From Octopus vulgaris (lineage: Eukaryota), in assembly GCA_951406725.2 (NCBI GenBank), contig OX597816.1:24924001-24988000 (forward strand): a DNA stretch of 64,000 nucleotides, in the 5' to 3' direction. This document shows, piece after piece, positions 1-13,451 of the stretch. The notes under the pieces are model-generated. The model was given only the letters and a program-made list of their open reading frames with translations, searched no databases and was not told the origin of the DNA. Position 1 is the first letter of the stretch. The number at the start of each line of letters is the position of its first letter. The position numbers and the translations under genes are program-made.

Positions 1-383
1 TGTTTAAGGATGTTGAAAGAACCACCCATGTTTCCAGAGGTGAACTATTCAAACCCCAAAGAATCCCTCTCAACACATGGCTATGATGCTCCCCCACTAC
101 TTCTGCTCGTGATCAGAGATGCACATATCGTCAGCCACTAAGGAACATGCTCAACTGGTTATGGTCAAACAACTGACAAGCAAATCTGTGGTACTGAGCA
201 GAATATTTGCTGTAGCCCATCTTTTATACCAAGACAAAACAATGTACATGATAACACTTCCAATCAGTTAAGATCAGAAGCCATGAGAGCCACTGCCCGG
301 TACTGCATCAGGGCATGTGATAACACTTCCAATCAGTTAAGATCAGAAGCCATAAGAGCCACTGCCTGGTACTGCATCAGGGC

Positions 384-385
<2 letters not shown>
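1..385 (-). mobile_element. about 550-bp non-coding retroposon flanked by (AAT)n (partial copy at window edge)
   Basis: Near-identical to 5518-6068 and 10740-11167; small internal tandem duplication at about 249-385; ATT array follows. Confidence 0.75.
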
Positions 386-458
<73 letters not shown>

Positions 459-475
459 CATTATTATTATTATTA

Positions 476-1408
<933 letters not shown>

Positions 1409-1454
1409 GTGAAACATGTACATGATAACACTCCCAATCAGTTATTATCATCAC

Positions 1455-1528
<74 letters not shown>

Positions 1529-2169
1529 CCATCATCACCATCATCATCATTTGCAATGACTGATCTTTGCTGACTTGTGGAATTACGTCGAACGGCTTTT
1601 GTGAGTTTGTAGAAAAAAATCCGACTATCGGACGTGCCTACAGTGAGGATGGCCCCGCCACAAACCTTTAACAATGCAGAGCAAGCGGTGTTCTTCTTCT
1701 TCCTCTTCGGGCAAGCCCTCATCGACTTTTTAAAGATCCACTGGGGAAAGGAAAGTGAAGGTGGAAAGGGGAAGTGTACAAGTAGGGTTAGTGAATTGAC
1801 TCTATGCATGCACCTATAGATTAAAGAAAAAACTATTGGGTGAGGGCTCGTGCTTTTGGTAGACATGGTAGTCCTGAATTTGTGGGGTTCCTTGTTTGAC
1901 TCTACTTAGACGTTCCTCTGCATCAGGTGGACAGCATCGTCCATGCGTTCACATACTTTGTATGTTTTGTATAGTTTTTGCTCATTTCCCCTTCTCTCCT
2001 TTTCTTTCCTTCCTCGTCTTTCGTATAAAATCCCACACAAATTGGAAAAGGTCTAGTAATGTCCACCTCATCTGATGCACTTGTCATAAAGGAATCGCCT
2101 CCCCCTCTTCCTCTCCTCCTCCTCCTCCTCCTCCATATTCTTCTTCTTCTTCTTCTTCTTCTTCTTCTT

Positions 2170-2200
<31 letters not shown>

Positions 2201-2202
2201 AG

Positions 2203-2415
2203 GCGGCGAGCTGGCAGAATCGCTAGCGCGCCGGGCGAAATGCTTAGCGATATTTCGTCTGTTTTCGTGTTCTGAGTTCAAATTCCGCCGAGGTTGACTT
2301 TGCCTTTCATCCTTTCGGGGTCGATAAATTAAGTACCAGTGAAACACTGGGGTCGATATAATCGACTAGACTCCACCTCCAATTTGAGGCCTTGTGCCTC
2401 CAATAGAAAGGATTA
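2203..2415 (+). mobile_element. tRNA-derived SINE family 1 (Nin/Meta-domain-like)
   Basis: ggcggcgagctggcagaa head, gagttcaaattcc B-box, gcctttcatcctttcggggtcgataaattaagtaccag core; many copies in the window. Confidence 0.8.
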
Positions 2416-2425
2416 TTATTATCAC

Positions 2426-2494
<69 letters not shown>

Positions 2495-2496
2495 GG

Positions 2497-2870
2497 CGAA
2501 GAGCGCGATTCCATTGTAAGATATTTTATTGGTGGAACGATATTTCAGCAGTACGTCTGTCTTTGTCAAGTTCAAAGTAAGAAGTGATAAAAATTAAAAA
2601 TTATAGAAATTTAAATGTAAAGTATGAACGAAGCAACCAGCGTCCACACGTTAATGGAATGACATCATCAATTTTTAAGTTTCAATTTTATAACAGGCGA
2701 AAAAAAATAAAAAGACAGAAAAATCAGGAAAGAAAAAAGAGATAATATTTAATTAAACAGATTTGCATAAATTTGATAATATTCTCCTGTCATTTTATTC
2801 ATTCCCCCAGGAATAAAATCCGTATTATCTTCAGAAATTGGGATTTCGCATTTGACTGAATAATACGGAG
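2497..2870. repeat. dispersed repeat, possibly a PLE terminal repeat (second copy about 7990-8420 in opposite orientation)
   Basis: Direct sequence match between the two copies; adjoins the PLE RT fragment. Confidence 0.55.
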
Positions 2871-3050
2871 CAGTGGTGGGGATAAATGTGGGCTGACGTG
2901 GGCTTGCAAAATATCTCTGTCACTATTCTGCCTCCAGAAAACTTGACTTTTGTGTCCAAAAATTCAACGCTACTTTTTGAAAAACTGGACGTAAATTTTA
3001 TGTTGGACTTAAAGCCATAGTTTATAGCATAACAGTCACAGAAGTGCAAG
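2870..3050 (-). mobile_element. Penelope-like element RT fragment
   Basis: NIKFTSSFSKSSVEFLDTKV...TEIFCKPTSAHIY fits the PLE IKFT / FLD / KPT motifs. Confidence 0.75.
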
Positions 3051-3572
3051 AAGTCTATTAAACTATCCTGTGATCCTTCCCAGACAAAAACTACGACGGG
3101 CTTCTTTCAGTTTCCGTCTACCAAATCCACTCACATGGCTTTGGTCGGCCCGAGGCTATAGTAGAAAACACTTGCCCAGGGTGCCAGGCAGCGAGACTGA
3201 ACCCGGAACCATGTGGTTCGTAAGCAAGCTACTTACCACACAGCCGTTCCTGCGCCTGTAAACAAAAGGCGATGGGCTCTTGCCCTGCTGTTTAGGCATC
3301 CGTGACTTTTTGGGTTTTTTTCACGTGGGCCTTAATGCGCCTTCCCTATTGAGAGTTTTAAATCATTTAATTTTTAATCGTTATATATACTGTTTACACG
3401 TTGTAAAACCCATTGCATCGTACTGTTTTTGTCTTTTATATTGTTGTATGTCTCTTAATGTAATTTTATGCCCAATAAACGAATTAATTATTATTATTGG
3501 GTTGGCAACTAAGTCCCCGCCGTTTTTTTAAATTTTGGAATTTATGTTTTTCGAGAATTCTATTTTTGAATC

Positions 3573-4200
3573 ATTACCTTTGCCAAGGAAGGAAGTTATG
3601 TTTTCATCGGCGTTGGTTTGTCCATCTGTCCGTCTGTCCGTCTGTGTGCAAAATAACTCAAATAGTTGTGGGCGGTATTTGATGAAACTTGCAGGAAAAG
3701 TTGGTAATGACACAAGGAACAGATGATGCAATTTTGGTAGTGATTCGGGAACTTTTATGGATTCTTGGGGGATTTTTCATTTATTATATTTACTTTACAT
3801 GAAGTATTATAATGTTACGTTCTTTGATTATCTCCCTTGAAAACACGTTCATCATTTCAACGTAACCTATGGTGGCGTTGCTGTTTCCAAAGTTTATTTT
3901 CGTTTCTCTATTAGTAATTTTACTCGTGTTGTGAGTGTATCAGTCAAGTTTTAGGTAATTGTTGTTTCTTTTTAGTTGTATGGTGAAACTAGCTTGCTGT
4001 TGTCATTGATGTATTATAACTGCTTCAGATTTTAAAGTTTTTAAAAAAAATCATATAGCTGTGTTATTTTTTTTACCCCTGCCAAGGAGGTTATGTTTTT
4101 GCCGGCATTTGTTTGGGAAATTCGGTGATTTTTAGCATGCGTGTATATGTGTGGAAATGAGCTGCTTGGCGGAGGTCTGCGCTCTCCGAGTGCGTTTCTA
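3573..4200 (+). mobile_element. Helentron/Helitron-type non-autonomous element nested in the mariner
   Basis: Sub-terminal inverted repeats acctttgccaag / cttggcggaggt, short internal (ctgtc/cgtc) repeats, 3' hairpin gcgctc-tcc-gagtgc, and a CTAG end followed by a T-run. Confidence 0.6.
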
Positions 4201-4267
4201 GTTTTGGAATCTATTTTTTTTTTCTAGTTAATTTTAGTTAATTTTTGTTTATTTTTAGATCATTAAA

Positions 4268-5295
4268 ATGGAATGTCAAGTTAAGAAAAACGAGAAATTT
4301 CGACACCTCCTTCTTTTTGTTCAAGGGTCTAAGGCCGCAAAAGCAGCTCGCAACATTTGTGCTGTGTGTGGAGAGGGTGTCATAGCTGAAAGAATCGCTC
4401 GTGATTGGTATGCCAAGTTCAAAAATGGAAATTTTGACCTCAAACACGCACATCGTTCTGGCCGTTCGATGAAGAGCGATTAAACCAACTTTTGCACGAT
4501 TTTCGTCAAACTACAAGGGAACTGGCAGAGAAAATGGAATGCTCCTACACTGCCACAGAGAAGCATCTTCACTCGATGGGAAAGGTTCAGAAGTATGGAG
4601 CATGGGTTCCGCATGCTTTAAGTGATGACAACAAAAATCAACGAGCCACAATCTCCGCTGGTTTGCTTGCTCGTCACAGCTCAACTCGTGGACACAAGCA
4701 ACAATTTCTTTACCGAATTGTTACTAGCGACGGAAAATGGTGTCTGTACATGAATATGAAGCAGCGTAAGGAATGGCTTAGCACCAGTAAACAAACGACA
4801 CTGTGCATGACACAAGATCTTCATCCGCGTAAAATGATGTTGTGCGTATGGTGTGACTGGGAAGGGATTATCCATTACGAATTGCTTGAACGGAATCAAA
4901 CGGTCAACGCGGAACTCTATGTTCAAGAGATGGAACGATTCAACACGGCTATTCAAGAGAAAAGACCTAATCGGCAGCATGGAGTTCTTCTGCTGCACGA
5001 CAACGCCCGCCCTCATATCGCCAATATGACCAAGGAAGCCGTTCAAACGCATGGCTAGGAAGTGCTGCTACACCCGCCGTACTCTCCTGATTTGGCACCA
5101 ACGGATTTCCACCTCTTTCGATCTCTTTTAAATGCTATGTGCAGTGTTTCGCTCAATAGTGATGCAGGATTGAGAGCTTGGTTGGATCAATTTTTCGAGT
5201 CGAAATTGGGTGATTTCTAACAATGAGGTATGGAAAATCTTGTTGAACGTTGGGAAGAAGTTGTAAACAACAAGGGTGAATACATTATTGATTAA
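4268..5295 (+). pseudogene. mariner transposase pseudogene
   Basis: Motifs RSGR, WVPHAL, TSDGKW, LLLHDNARPH, HPPYSPDLAPTDFHLF and GEYIID*; frameshift near 4470 and in-frame stops at about 5056 and 5218. Confidence 0.93.
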
Positions 5296-5435
5296 TTAGT
5301 TGTTATTTTTTATTAAACCTTTTAAAAAATTTAAATAAAAAAAAACAGCGGGAGCTTAGTTGCCAACCTATTATTATTGTTATTGTTGTTGTTGTTGTTG
5401 TTGTTGTTATTGTTGTTGTTATTGTTGTTGTTGTT

Positions 5436-5467
<32 letters not shown>

Positions 5468-5517
5468 TAATATTATTATTATTGTTGTTGTTGTTGTTAC
5501 TATTATTATTATTATTG

Positions 5518-6065
5518 GGTGAGAGAGCAGTGCATGCCATTAAAGTGACACTGTGGTAAAATATATGATACCCAGTATACCCATCATAACTACCCGTCTG
5601 ATAAGGGTACACCAGGCACTTGCATCACAACCATATGTGCTCGACATGGTGATCTCATATCAAGATAAACAGCGCATGACCTTGCGGGTGGGACCCAGTT
5701 AGAATTTTCTTTTGGTCGGGTAGCCCATCCCGCTCAATAGATCCCTGAATAAGGATTGTCTAAGGATGTTGAACCATATATGTTTCCAAAGGTGAATTAT
5801 CCAAACCCCAAAGAATTCCTTTCAACACACGGCTATGATGCTCCTCCACTACTTCTGCTCCTGATCAGAGATGCACATATCGTCAGCCACTAAGAGACAT
5901 GCTCAACTGGTTAAGGTCAATCAACTGACAAGCAAATCTGTGGTACTGAGCAGAATATTTGCTGTAGCCCATCTTTTATACAAAGACAAAACAATGTACA
6001 TGATAGCACTTCCAATCAGTTAAGATCAGAAGCCACGAGAGCCACTGTCTGGTACTGCATCAGGG

Positions 6066-6068
<3 letters not shown>
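5518..6068 (-). mobile_element. about 550-bp non-coding retroposon flanked by (AAT)n, apparently full length
   Basis: Runs from tgagagagcagtgcatgcc to catcagggca with ATT arrays on both sides; three copies in the window. Orientation inferred from one-sided truncation of the third copy. Confidence 0.75.
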
Positions 6069-6102
<34 letters not shown>

Positions 6103-6105
<3 letters not shown>

Positions 6106-6452
6106 TAGTTTTATTTATATAGCGTGCTTTCACTTCACTACCGAGCGCAGCTCTGTGTGCCTTGGGTATGTGATGTGATTTGTTGTGATGCTCTGATGGT
6201 TATTGTATGGAAAGTGTTCTGCGTAGGATGTGTGCAGTGCCTAGTAGTGCAATTTTCTGTATGTTATATGTGTTTGTAAGTCCTGGTGTTTTTGTTATGT
6301 ATTTGTCTGAATATTTTTTTATCATGCCTAATGCACCTACTATGATAGGAATTGTTTCTGTTTTCAGATTCCACATTCTAGTTACCTCTATTTCCAGGTC
6401 TTTGTATTTTGAGAGTTTCTCCATTTCTTTTAGAGACACGTTGTCATCAGCC
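6103..6452 (-). mobile_element. R4/Dong 3' end (family B)
   Basis: EKLSKYKDLEIEVTRMWNLKTETIPIIVGALG...LLGTAHILRRTLSIQ*; lies between ATT arrays. Confidence 0.87.
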
Positions 6453-6453
6453 G

Positions 6454-6501
<48 letters not shown>

Positions 6502-6507
6502 GTTATT

Positions 6508-6800
6508 GTGGAGGCGCAATGGCCCATTGGTTAGGTCAGTGGACTCGCGGTTTCGATTCCCAGACCGAGCGTTGTGTGTGTTTATTGAGCGAAAACACCT
6601 AAATCCTCCACGGGGCTCCGGCAGGGGTGATGGCGACCCTTGTTGTACTCTTTCGCCCCAACTTTCTCTCACTCTTTCTTCCTGTTTCTTGAGTAACTCT
6701 GCGATGGACTGGCGTCCCGTCCAGCTGGGGAGGACGCATATGCCGTAGAAACCGGGAAACCGGGCCCATGAGCCTGGCTAGGTTTGAAAAGGGCGCATAA
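6508..6800 (+). mobile_element. tRNA-derived SINE family 3
   Basis: gtggaggcgcaatggccc head, tttcgattcc B-box, tail gaaaccgggcccatgagcctggctaggtttgaaaagggcg; related copies near 14452-14700, 20440-20742, 35455-35628, 39702-40195 and 60825-60950. Confidence 0.75.
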
Positions 6801-6817
6801 ATAAATATTTAAAAAAA

Positions 6818-6856
<39 letters not shown>

Positions 6857-7599
6857 CGCGTGGCTTAGTGGTTAGAATGTTCGGCTCGCGATCGTAAAGT
6901 TGCAAGTTCTATTCCCGGCGGTGTGATGTATCCTTGAGCAAGACACTTTATTTTACGCTGCTCCAGTTCACTTTAAAATGCCAAAAATGTGTAGTGCCTG
7001 TATTTCAAGGCCGGCTTTGTCACTCTCTCTCTCTGTCACGCTAAATCTCCCTGAGAACTATAGTAAGGGTACGCGTGTCTGTGGAATGCTCAGCCACTTG
7101 CACGTTAGTTTTTACGAGTAGACTGTTCCGCTGATCGGATCGACTGAAGCGCTCGTCGTCGTAAGCGAAGGAGTGCCAGTTATTATTTAAGGTAGCAAGC
7201 TGGCAGAGTCGTTAACACGCGGGACACAATGTTTAGCGTATTTCTTACGGCTCTTCAGGTTCTGGGTTCTGATTAGATACCTTTCATAGTCACACCAAGA
7301 CACTTTTCGAAGGTGCTTTCCTCCATATGTTCAAATCTTCTTTTTCTCTACATTGTATACTTTATAGACAATAGTCTTTTCTTTAATTTAATTTTTTATT
7401 ATCCATCTGGACTATTCCATTTCTGCACGCTAATTTTATTTTCAATTTATTCCCATTCATGTGAAACCACTTATTCAAGTTCAAGTCATTGATGCAATTT
7501 TATACCAATTGCTATTTTTCCTTTTTTTATGTTACGATTATATTATACTTTAGTTTGATTTTAATTATTATTTACTATTGTTATTATTATTTTTATTGT

Positions 7600-7854
7600 T
7601 AAAGTGAAAGTATCTGACATAAAATAGAGAAACGTTTTTGTTTCACTTTTAACACGTAATACTGAAATAGTGGAGAAGATATGATATTGCTATGGGGTCG
7701 CTCTAGGCAAGAAGTTGAACATTTTTTTTGCCGATGACACTCCCCGGACCCTAAGTAAGGCATGTGTAAAATTTGAATGAAATTGGTTGTGCAGTTCTCA
7801 AGTTTTAGGGAAACACACAGACAGACACACATTCTCAGTTTTATATATATAAAG
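7600..7854 (-). mobile_element. 5' part of a non-autonomous Helitron
   Basis: a|TCtttatatatataaaactgagaatgtgtgtctgtc start like the 43907 element; no 3' CTAG end found. Confidence 0.55.
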
Positions 7855-7904
<50 letters not shown>

Positions 7905-8468
7905 CATCATCATAACAATAACAGTAGTTCGACAGAACTTGCTGAACCTTTCGTTTCAAGCAGCTTCAGTTTTGAAGAAGATTTGAAAGTGCATATTCTC
8001 AGAAAATATTCTGAATCTGCTCAGAATGTATGAGGAGAAATATGTTTGCGAGTTAATAACAACTCGCCCTCGAGGAATGAATAAAATGACAGGAGAATAT
8101 CATCGGATTTATACAAAACTGTTTAATTTAAATATTCTTCTTTCTCTCTTTTTACTTTCCTTTTTTTTCTGTCGTCTTCTTTTTTCTATTTTTTCTGTTT
8201 TTTTTTCTTTTCGCCTTTTATAAAATTGAAATTTAAAAACTGATGATGTCATTCCATTAACGTGTGGACGCTGGTTGCTCTCGTTCATACTTTACATTTG
8301 AATTTCTATAATTTTTAATTTTTATCACTTCATATTTTGAACTTGACAAAGAAAGACTTACTGTTGAAATATCGTTCAACCAATAAAATATCTTACAATC
8401 GAATCGCACTCTTCGTCTTGACTTCAGTGCTTGACCTTTGTGAAGAGTTACGTCAACCCTTTTAAAAA

Positions 8469-8510
<42 letters not shown>

Positions 8511-8514
8511 AGTC

Positions 8515-8965
8515 AGACACTTTCCTCTTTGGTCAAGGCCTCATCAACTTTTTCAAGTTTCACTTGAAAAGGAAGATGAGGTTAGAGAGGAGAGTGCTGT
8601 GTGATAGCAAGTTTTCTGAAAGGTGCGTGAATTGTGCAAGAATGGCCAGTATAAATGGACCATTTCTGAGGTTTCGCCTGTAATTGAAAAAGGTATTATA
8701 AAAGGAGAAAGGGGCTCTTTACCCCCCTTTTGACCAGGCTCCCATGGCTTTTATGGGTTTTTCCACGTGAGACCTTATCTTTTTTCGAAGCGTCTCCTCT
8801 ATTAGGAGTTTTGTAAATTGTTGAATTTTTTCGTTGCTGTAAGCTTGTTTACATGGACTTTTTTCTTTTGAAAAATAGACAAAACCTTTTGTAACCTTTT
8901 GTCCGTCCCTTTATGTTTTCCAATCATATTTGTCAGCCCTTGTGGCCAATAAAAAGAATTAATTA
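8515..8965 (+). mobile_element. probable Tx1/L1-clade LINE 3' end
   Basis: Decayed C-terminus ..FFKFHLKRKMRLEERVLCDSKFSERCV.. followed by a 3' UTR ending cagcccttgtggccaataaaaagaa(att)n; related pieces at about 1615-1830, 3260-3490 and 11270-11400. Clade assigned from memory of similar C-termini. Confidence 0.5.
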
Positions 8966-8980
8966 TTATTATTATTATTT

Positions 8981-9360
<380 letters not shown>

Positions 9361-9361
<1 letters not shown>

Positions 9362-9773
9362 TGCTTCTTTCTTCAAATTTTCTTCCGTTTCTCGCCGAGT
9401 ATTTTCCGTACACCTTGGGCAGAGAAGCTCATTGTATCCATTCCCAGATTACACATGCAAATTCACAGGTAAAATATCTACTTAAAAAATTAGTAAATAA
9501 ATAAATTCATGAATGGATGTTGTTTTCACAGCGATAGTGCTCTTCTCAGTACACGAGCCGTTCCAGTTAACACGATTTTTTGCACTTCCTGTAGGGATGG
9601 TAAGCCTGGTATCATTTTCAAATAGGTTCCAGTACCTTTTTTTTTTATCATTCCTAGAGCTCTTATAATCACTGGTACTGTAGTCGCCTTGAGATGCCAC
9701 ATTTTTCAATTTCTAATAGCAAGTCTTTATATTTACTGATCTATTTCTATTAGCAAGTCTTTGTATTTACTGA

Positions 9774-9775
<2 letters not shown>
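9361..9775 (-). mobile_element. R4/Dong 3' end (family C)
   Basis: Minus strand reads, with frameshifts, KYKDLL...EKMWHLKATTVPVIIRALGMIKKG...IPGLPSLQEVQKIVLTGTARVLRRALSL*; ATT arrays on both sides. Confidence 0.82.
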
Positions 9776-9838
<63 letters not shown>

Positions 9839-9928
9839 CATTATCATCATTATTATTATTATTATTTTCATCATTATTATTATCATCATCATCATCATCA
9901 TCATCATCATTATCATTATTATTACTAT

Positions 9929-10262
9929 TCAGTAGTTTTATTTTTATAAAGTGCTTTCACTTCACTACCGAGCGCAGCTCTGTGTGCCTTGGGTATGTGC
10001 TGTGGCTTTCTGTGATGCTCTTATGGTTACTGTATTGAAAGTGTTTTACGTAAGATGTGAGCAGTGCCCAGTAGTGCTATTTTCTGTATGTTATATATAT
10101 TTGTTAGTCCTGGTATTTTTGTTATGTATTTCTCTGAATATTTTTTTAATCTTACCTAATGTGCCCACTATGATAGGGATTGTTTCTGTTTTTAGACTCC
10201 ACATTCGAGTTACCTCTATTTCCAGGTCTTTGTATTTCGAAAGTTTCTCCATTTCTTTTAGA
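9929..10262 (-). mobile_element. R4/Dong 3' end (family B, diverged)
   Basis: KEMEKLSKYKDLEIEVTRMWSLKTETIPIIVGTLG; same 3' UTR as the 6103 copy. Confidence 0.83.
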
Positions 10263-10311
10263 CTAGACTCCACCTCCAATTTGAGGCCTTGTGCCTCCAA
10301 TAGAAAGGATG

Positions 10312-10391
<80 letters not shown>

Positions 10392-10392
<1 letters not shown>

Positions 10393-10642
10393 TCCTTCAT
10401 TCTTCAAATTTTCTTCCGTTTCTCGCCGGGTGTTTTCCATACACCTAGGGCAGAGAAGCTCATTGTATGCATTCCCAGATTACACACGCAAATTCACAGG
10501 TAAAACATGTATTTAAAAGATTAATAAATAAATAAATTCATGAATGGATGCTGTTTTCACAGCGATAGTGCTCTTCTCAGTACATGAGCCGTTCCAGTTA
10601 ATAACATTTTTTGCACTTCCTGTAGGGATGGTAAGCCTGGTA

Positions 10643-10644
<2 letters not shown>
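10392..10644 (-). mobile_element. R4/Dong 3' end (family C, shorter)
   Basis: Matches about 9361-9614; ATT arrays on both sides. Confidence 0.8.
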
Positions 10645-10724
<80 letters not shown>

Positions 10725-10739
10725 CATTATTATTATTGA

Positions 10740-11167
10740 GTGAGAGAGCAGTGCATGCCATCAAAGTGACACTGGGGTAAAATATACGAAGCTCAATATA
10801 CCCATCATGACTACCCGTCTGATAAAGGTACACACCAGGCACATGCATCACAACCATATGTGTACGACATGGTGATCTCATATCAAGATAAACAGCACAT
10901 GACCTTGCAGGTGGGGCCCAGTTAGAATTTTCTTCTGGTCGAGTAGCCCATCCCGCTCAATAGCTCTCTGAATAAGGATTATTTAAGGATGTTGAACGAA
11001 ACACCCATGTTTCCAGGGGTGAATTATTCAAACTCCAAAGAATCCCTCTCAACACATGGCTATAATGCTCCCCAACTACTTCTGCTCGTGGTCAGAGATG
11101 CACATATCGTCAACCACTAAGGGACATGGTCGACTGGTTAAGGACAAACAACTGACAAGCGAATCTG
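10740..11167 (-). mobile_element. 5'-truncated copy of the same (AAT)n-flanked retroposon
   Basis: Same left boundary as the 5518 copy, truncated on the right, ATT arrays on both sides. Confidence 0.75.
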
Positions 11168-11229
<62 letters not shown>

Positions 11230-11413
11230 GCTATTATTATTTTTATTACTATTTGTTATTTATATTTCGTTGTCATCCTGCTTTTGTGCACGGACCTTTT
11301 TCAAACGGACAAAACCCCTTTGTAACTTTCGTCCTGCGTTTTGTCCCTTTATGCTTTAATTGATTTTTGTTAGCCCTTGTGGCCAATAAACGAATGAATT
11401 ATTATTGTTATTA

Positions 11414-11452
<39 letters not shown>

Positions 11453-11745
11453 TACTAAGTTACATGCTATATGATATCATAGTTATAGTAATCTATCTTT
11501 TTTCTGCATGCTTCTCTATTGTTATATTTCAAACGATCCCTTTATCAAGAGCTGTTTTCCGGTATCGAGGTATTCCTGGAAAGATCTGCTTAATTCTTTT
11601 AAAACCACTTGGCTGGGATTGGAATACTTAGAGGTTATTGTAAAAATAAATAAGCTAAATGAAAAGCAAAACATAAGTATACAGCGCAGCGTATATTGTC
11701 AATGTCGTTGACTTGACGGTGGAATCAGCATAGTTTCCAACAGAA

Positions 11746-12582
11746 ATGTGTTTATGTGTGTGTTTGTGTGTGTGTGTCTGTATATCTGTATGTATGTGTG
11801 TGTGTGTTTTTATGTGTATGTTTATGTGTGTTTATGTATGTGTTTATGTGTGTGCATGTGTGTATGTATATATTTATGCATGTATGTGTGTGTATGTGTG
11901 TATGGATGTGTACGAGCGTGTGTATGCATGTATGCGTGGATATGTATGTGTGTGTGTTTATGTGTGTTCATGTGAGTGTATGTGTGCGTATGTGTGTGTA
12001 AGTGTGTGTATGTGTGTATGTGTGTGTGTATGCATGCATGTCTGTCTGTATGTGTGTGTGTTTTATGTGTATGTTTATGTGTGTGTATGTGTCTGTACGT
12101 GTGTGTTTATGTGTGTGTATGTGTGTATGTATGTATGTATGTATGTATGTATGTATGTATGTATGTATGTATGTATGTATGTATGTATGCATGTATGTAT
12201 GTATGTGTGTGTATGTGTGTATGGATGTGTACGAGCGTGTGTATGCATGTATGCGTGGATATGTATGTGTGTGTGTTTATGTGTGTTCATGTGAGTGTAT
12301 GTGTGCGTATGTGTGTGTAAGTGTGTGTATGGGTGTATGTGTGTGTGTATGCATGCATGTCTGTCTGTATGTGTGTGTGTTTTTATATGTATGTTTATGT
12401 GTGTGTATGTGTGTCCGTATGTGTTTATGTATGTGTGTATGTATGTATGCATGTATGTATGTGTGTGTATGTGTGTATGGATGTGTATGAGCATGTGTAT
12501 GCATGTATGCATGTATATGTATGTGTGTGCGTTTGTGTGTGAATGTGTGTGTATGTGTGTATGTGTGTGCATATGTGTATGT
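11746..12582. repeat. degenerate (GT/GTAT)n microsatellite with higher-order duplication
   Basis: Visible directly; the block ggatgtgtacgagcgtgtgtatgc recurs at about 11903 and 12223. Confidence 0.95.
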
Positions 12583-12997
12583 AAACGAGAACAGCAATAT
12601 TAAACCCACTACGTAAGGATTATTAATGAAGAGGTAGCAACACCAGATGGGGGTGCCCCAGCATGGCCGTTGCTCTCGTGCTGAAACAAGTTAATAAATA
12701 GGTACCAAGCTCAAAGAGTAAGTTTAATGCATTTCAAAAATTAATTATGAATATCGTGAAGTATATTTTCCACTTAAATGTTGCTATCCTCTAAGGGTGG
12801 ATGCTACTGTAGCTTGTAGCCCCAGGAGTACACCTCCTCCAGCTGGCTATTGTCACACTTTCTGTACCCTGTCGGTATTTGCAAAGGGAAGCCATCTTTC
12901 CCGTCTTCAACCTATGATACACACGGGCTCGAATTTCTGGGTATTGACCCTTTCTCAGTATTTGCAAAGGGAAACCATCCTTAATTATAAGTAATTA

Positions 12998-13230
12998 ACG
13001 CGGCGAGCTGGCAGAAACGTTAGCACGCCGGGCGAAATGCGTAGCCGTATTTCGTCTGCCGTTACGTTCTGAGTTCAAATTCCGCCGAGGTCGACTTTGC
13101 CTTTCATCCTTTCGGGGTCGATAAATTAAGTACCAGTTACGCACTGGGGTCAATGTAATCGACTTAATCCGTTTGTCTGTCCTTGTTTGTCCCCTCTGTG
13201 TTTAGCCCCTTTGTGGGTAGTAAAGAAATA
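12998..13230 (+). mobile_element. SINE family 1 monomer (tail A)
   Basis: Same head and core; tail ...tttagcccctttgtgggtagtaaagaaata. Confidence 0.8.
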
Positions 13231-13451
13231 TATAAATAAATAACGCTTTATACATTTTTCTTAGATTTGCCCTAAAATATTTCGAAATTCGAAAATTTGA
13301 TTTTTCAATATTTTGGGATTTCGACAATGAGGTTTTTCGTTATTTAAACCATAAAACGCTGGGATTTGCACATACATAGCATGGGCTACTGATCACATTT
13401 TATGAAAATGAGACTACCATGCATACATAAAAAACAAAAAATAGTTAAAAT

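Larger units (their letters stand above)
3494..5373 (+). mobile_element. full-length decayed mariner (Tc1/mariner) DNA transposon
   Basis: TIRs tattgggttggcaactaagtccccgccgtttttt (3494) and aaaaaacagcgggagcttagttgccaacctatta (about 5341-5373); transposase inside; nested insertion 3573-4200. Confidence 0.92.

Noticed and set aside
11746-12609. Many long ORFs (poly-CV/MY/TH), and similar ones at 29111-29987, 45403-46227, 51680-52960 and 61200-62403
   Set aside because: Stop-free translations of microsatellites; not genes.
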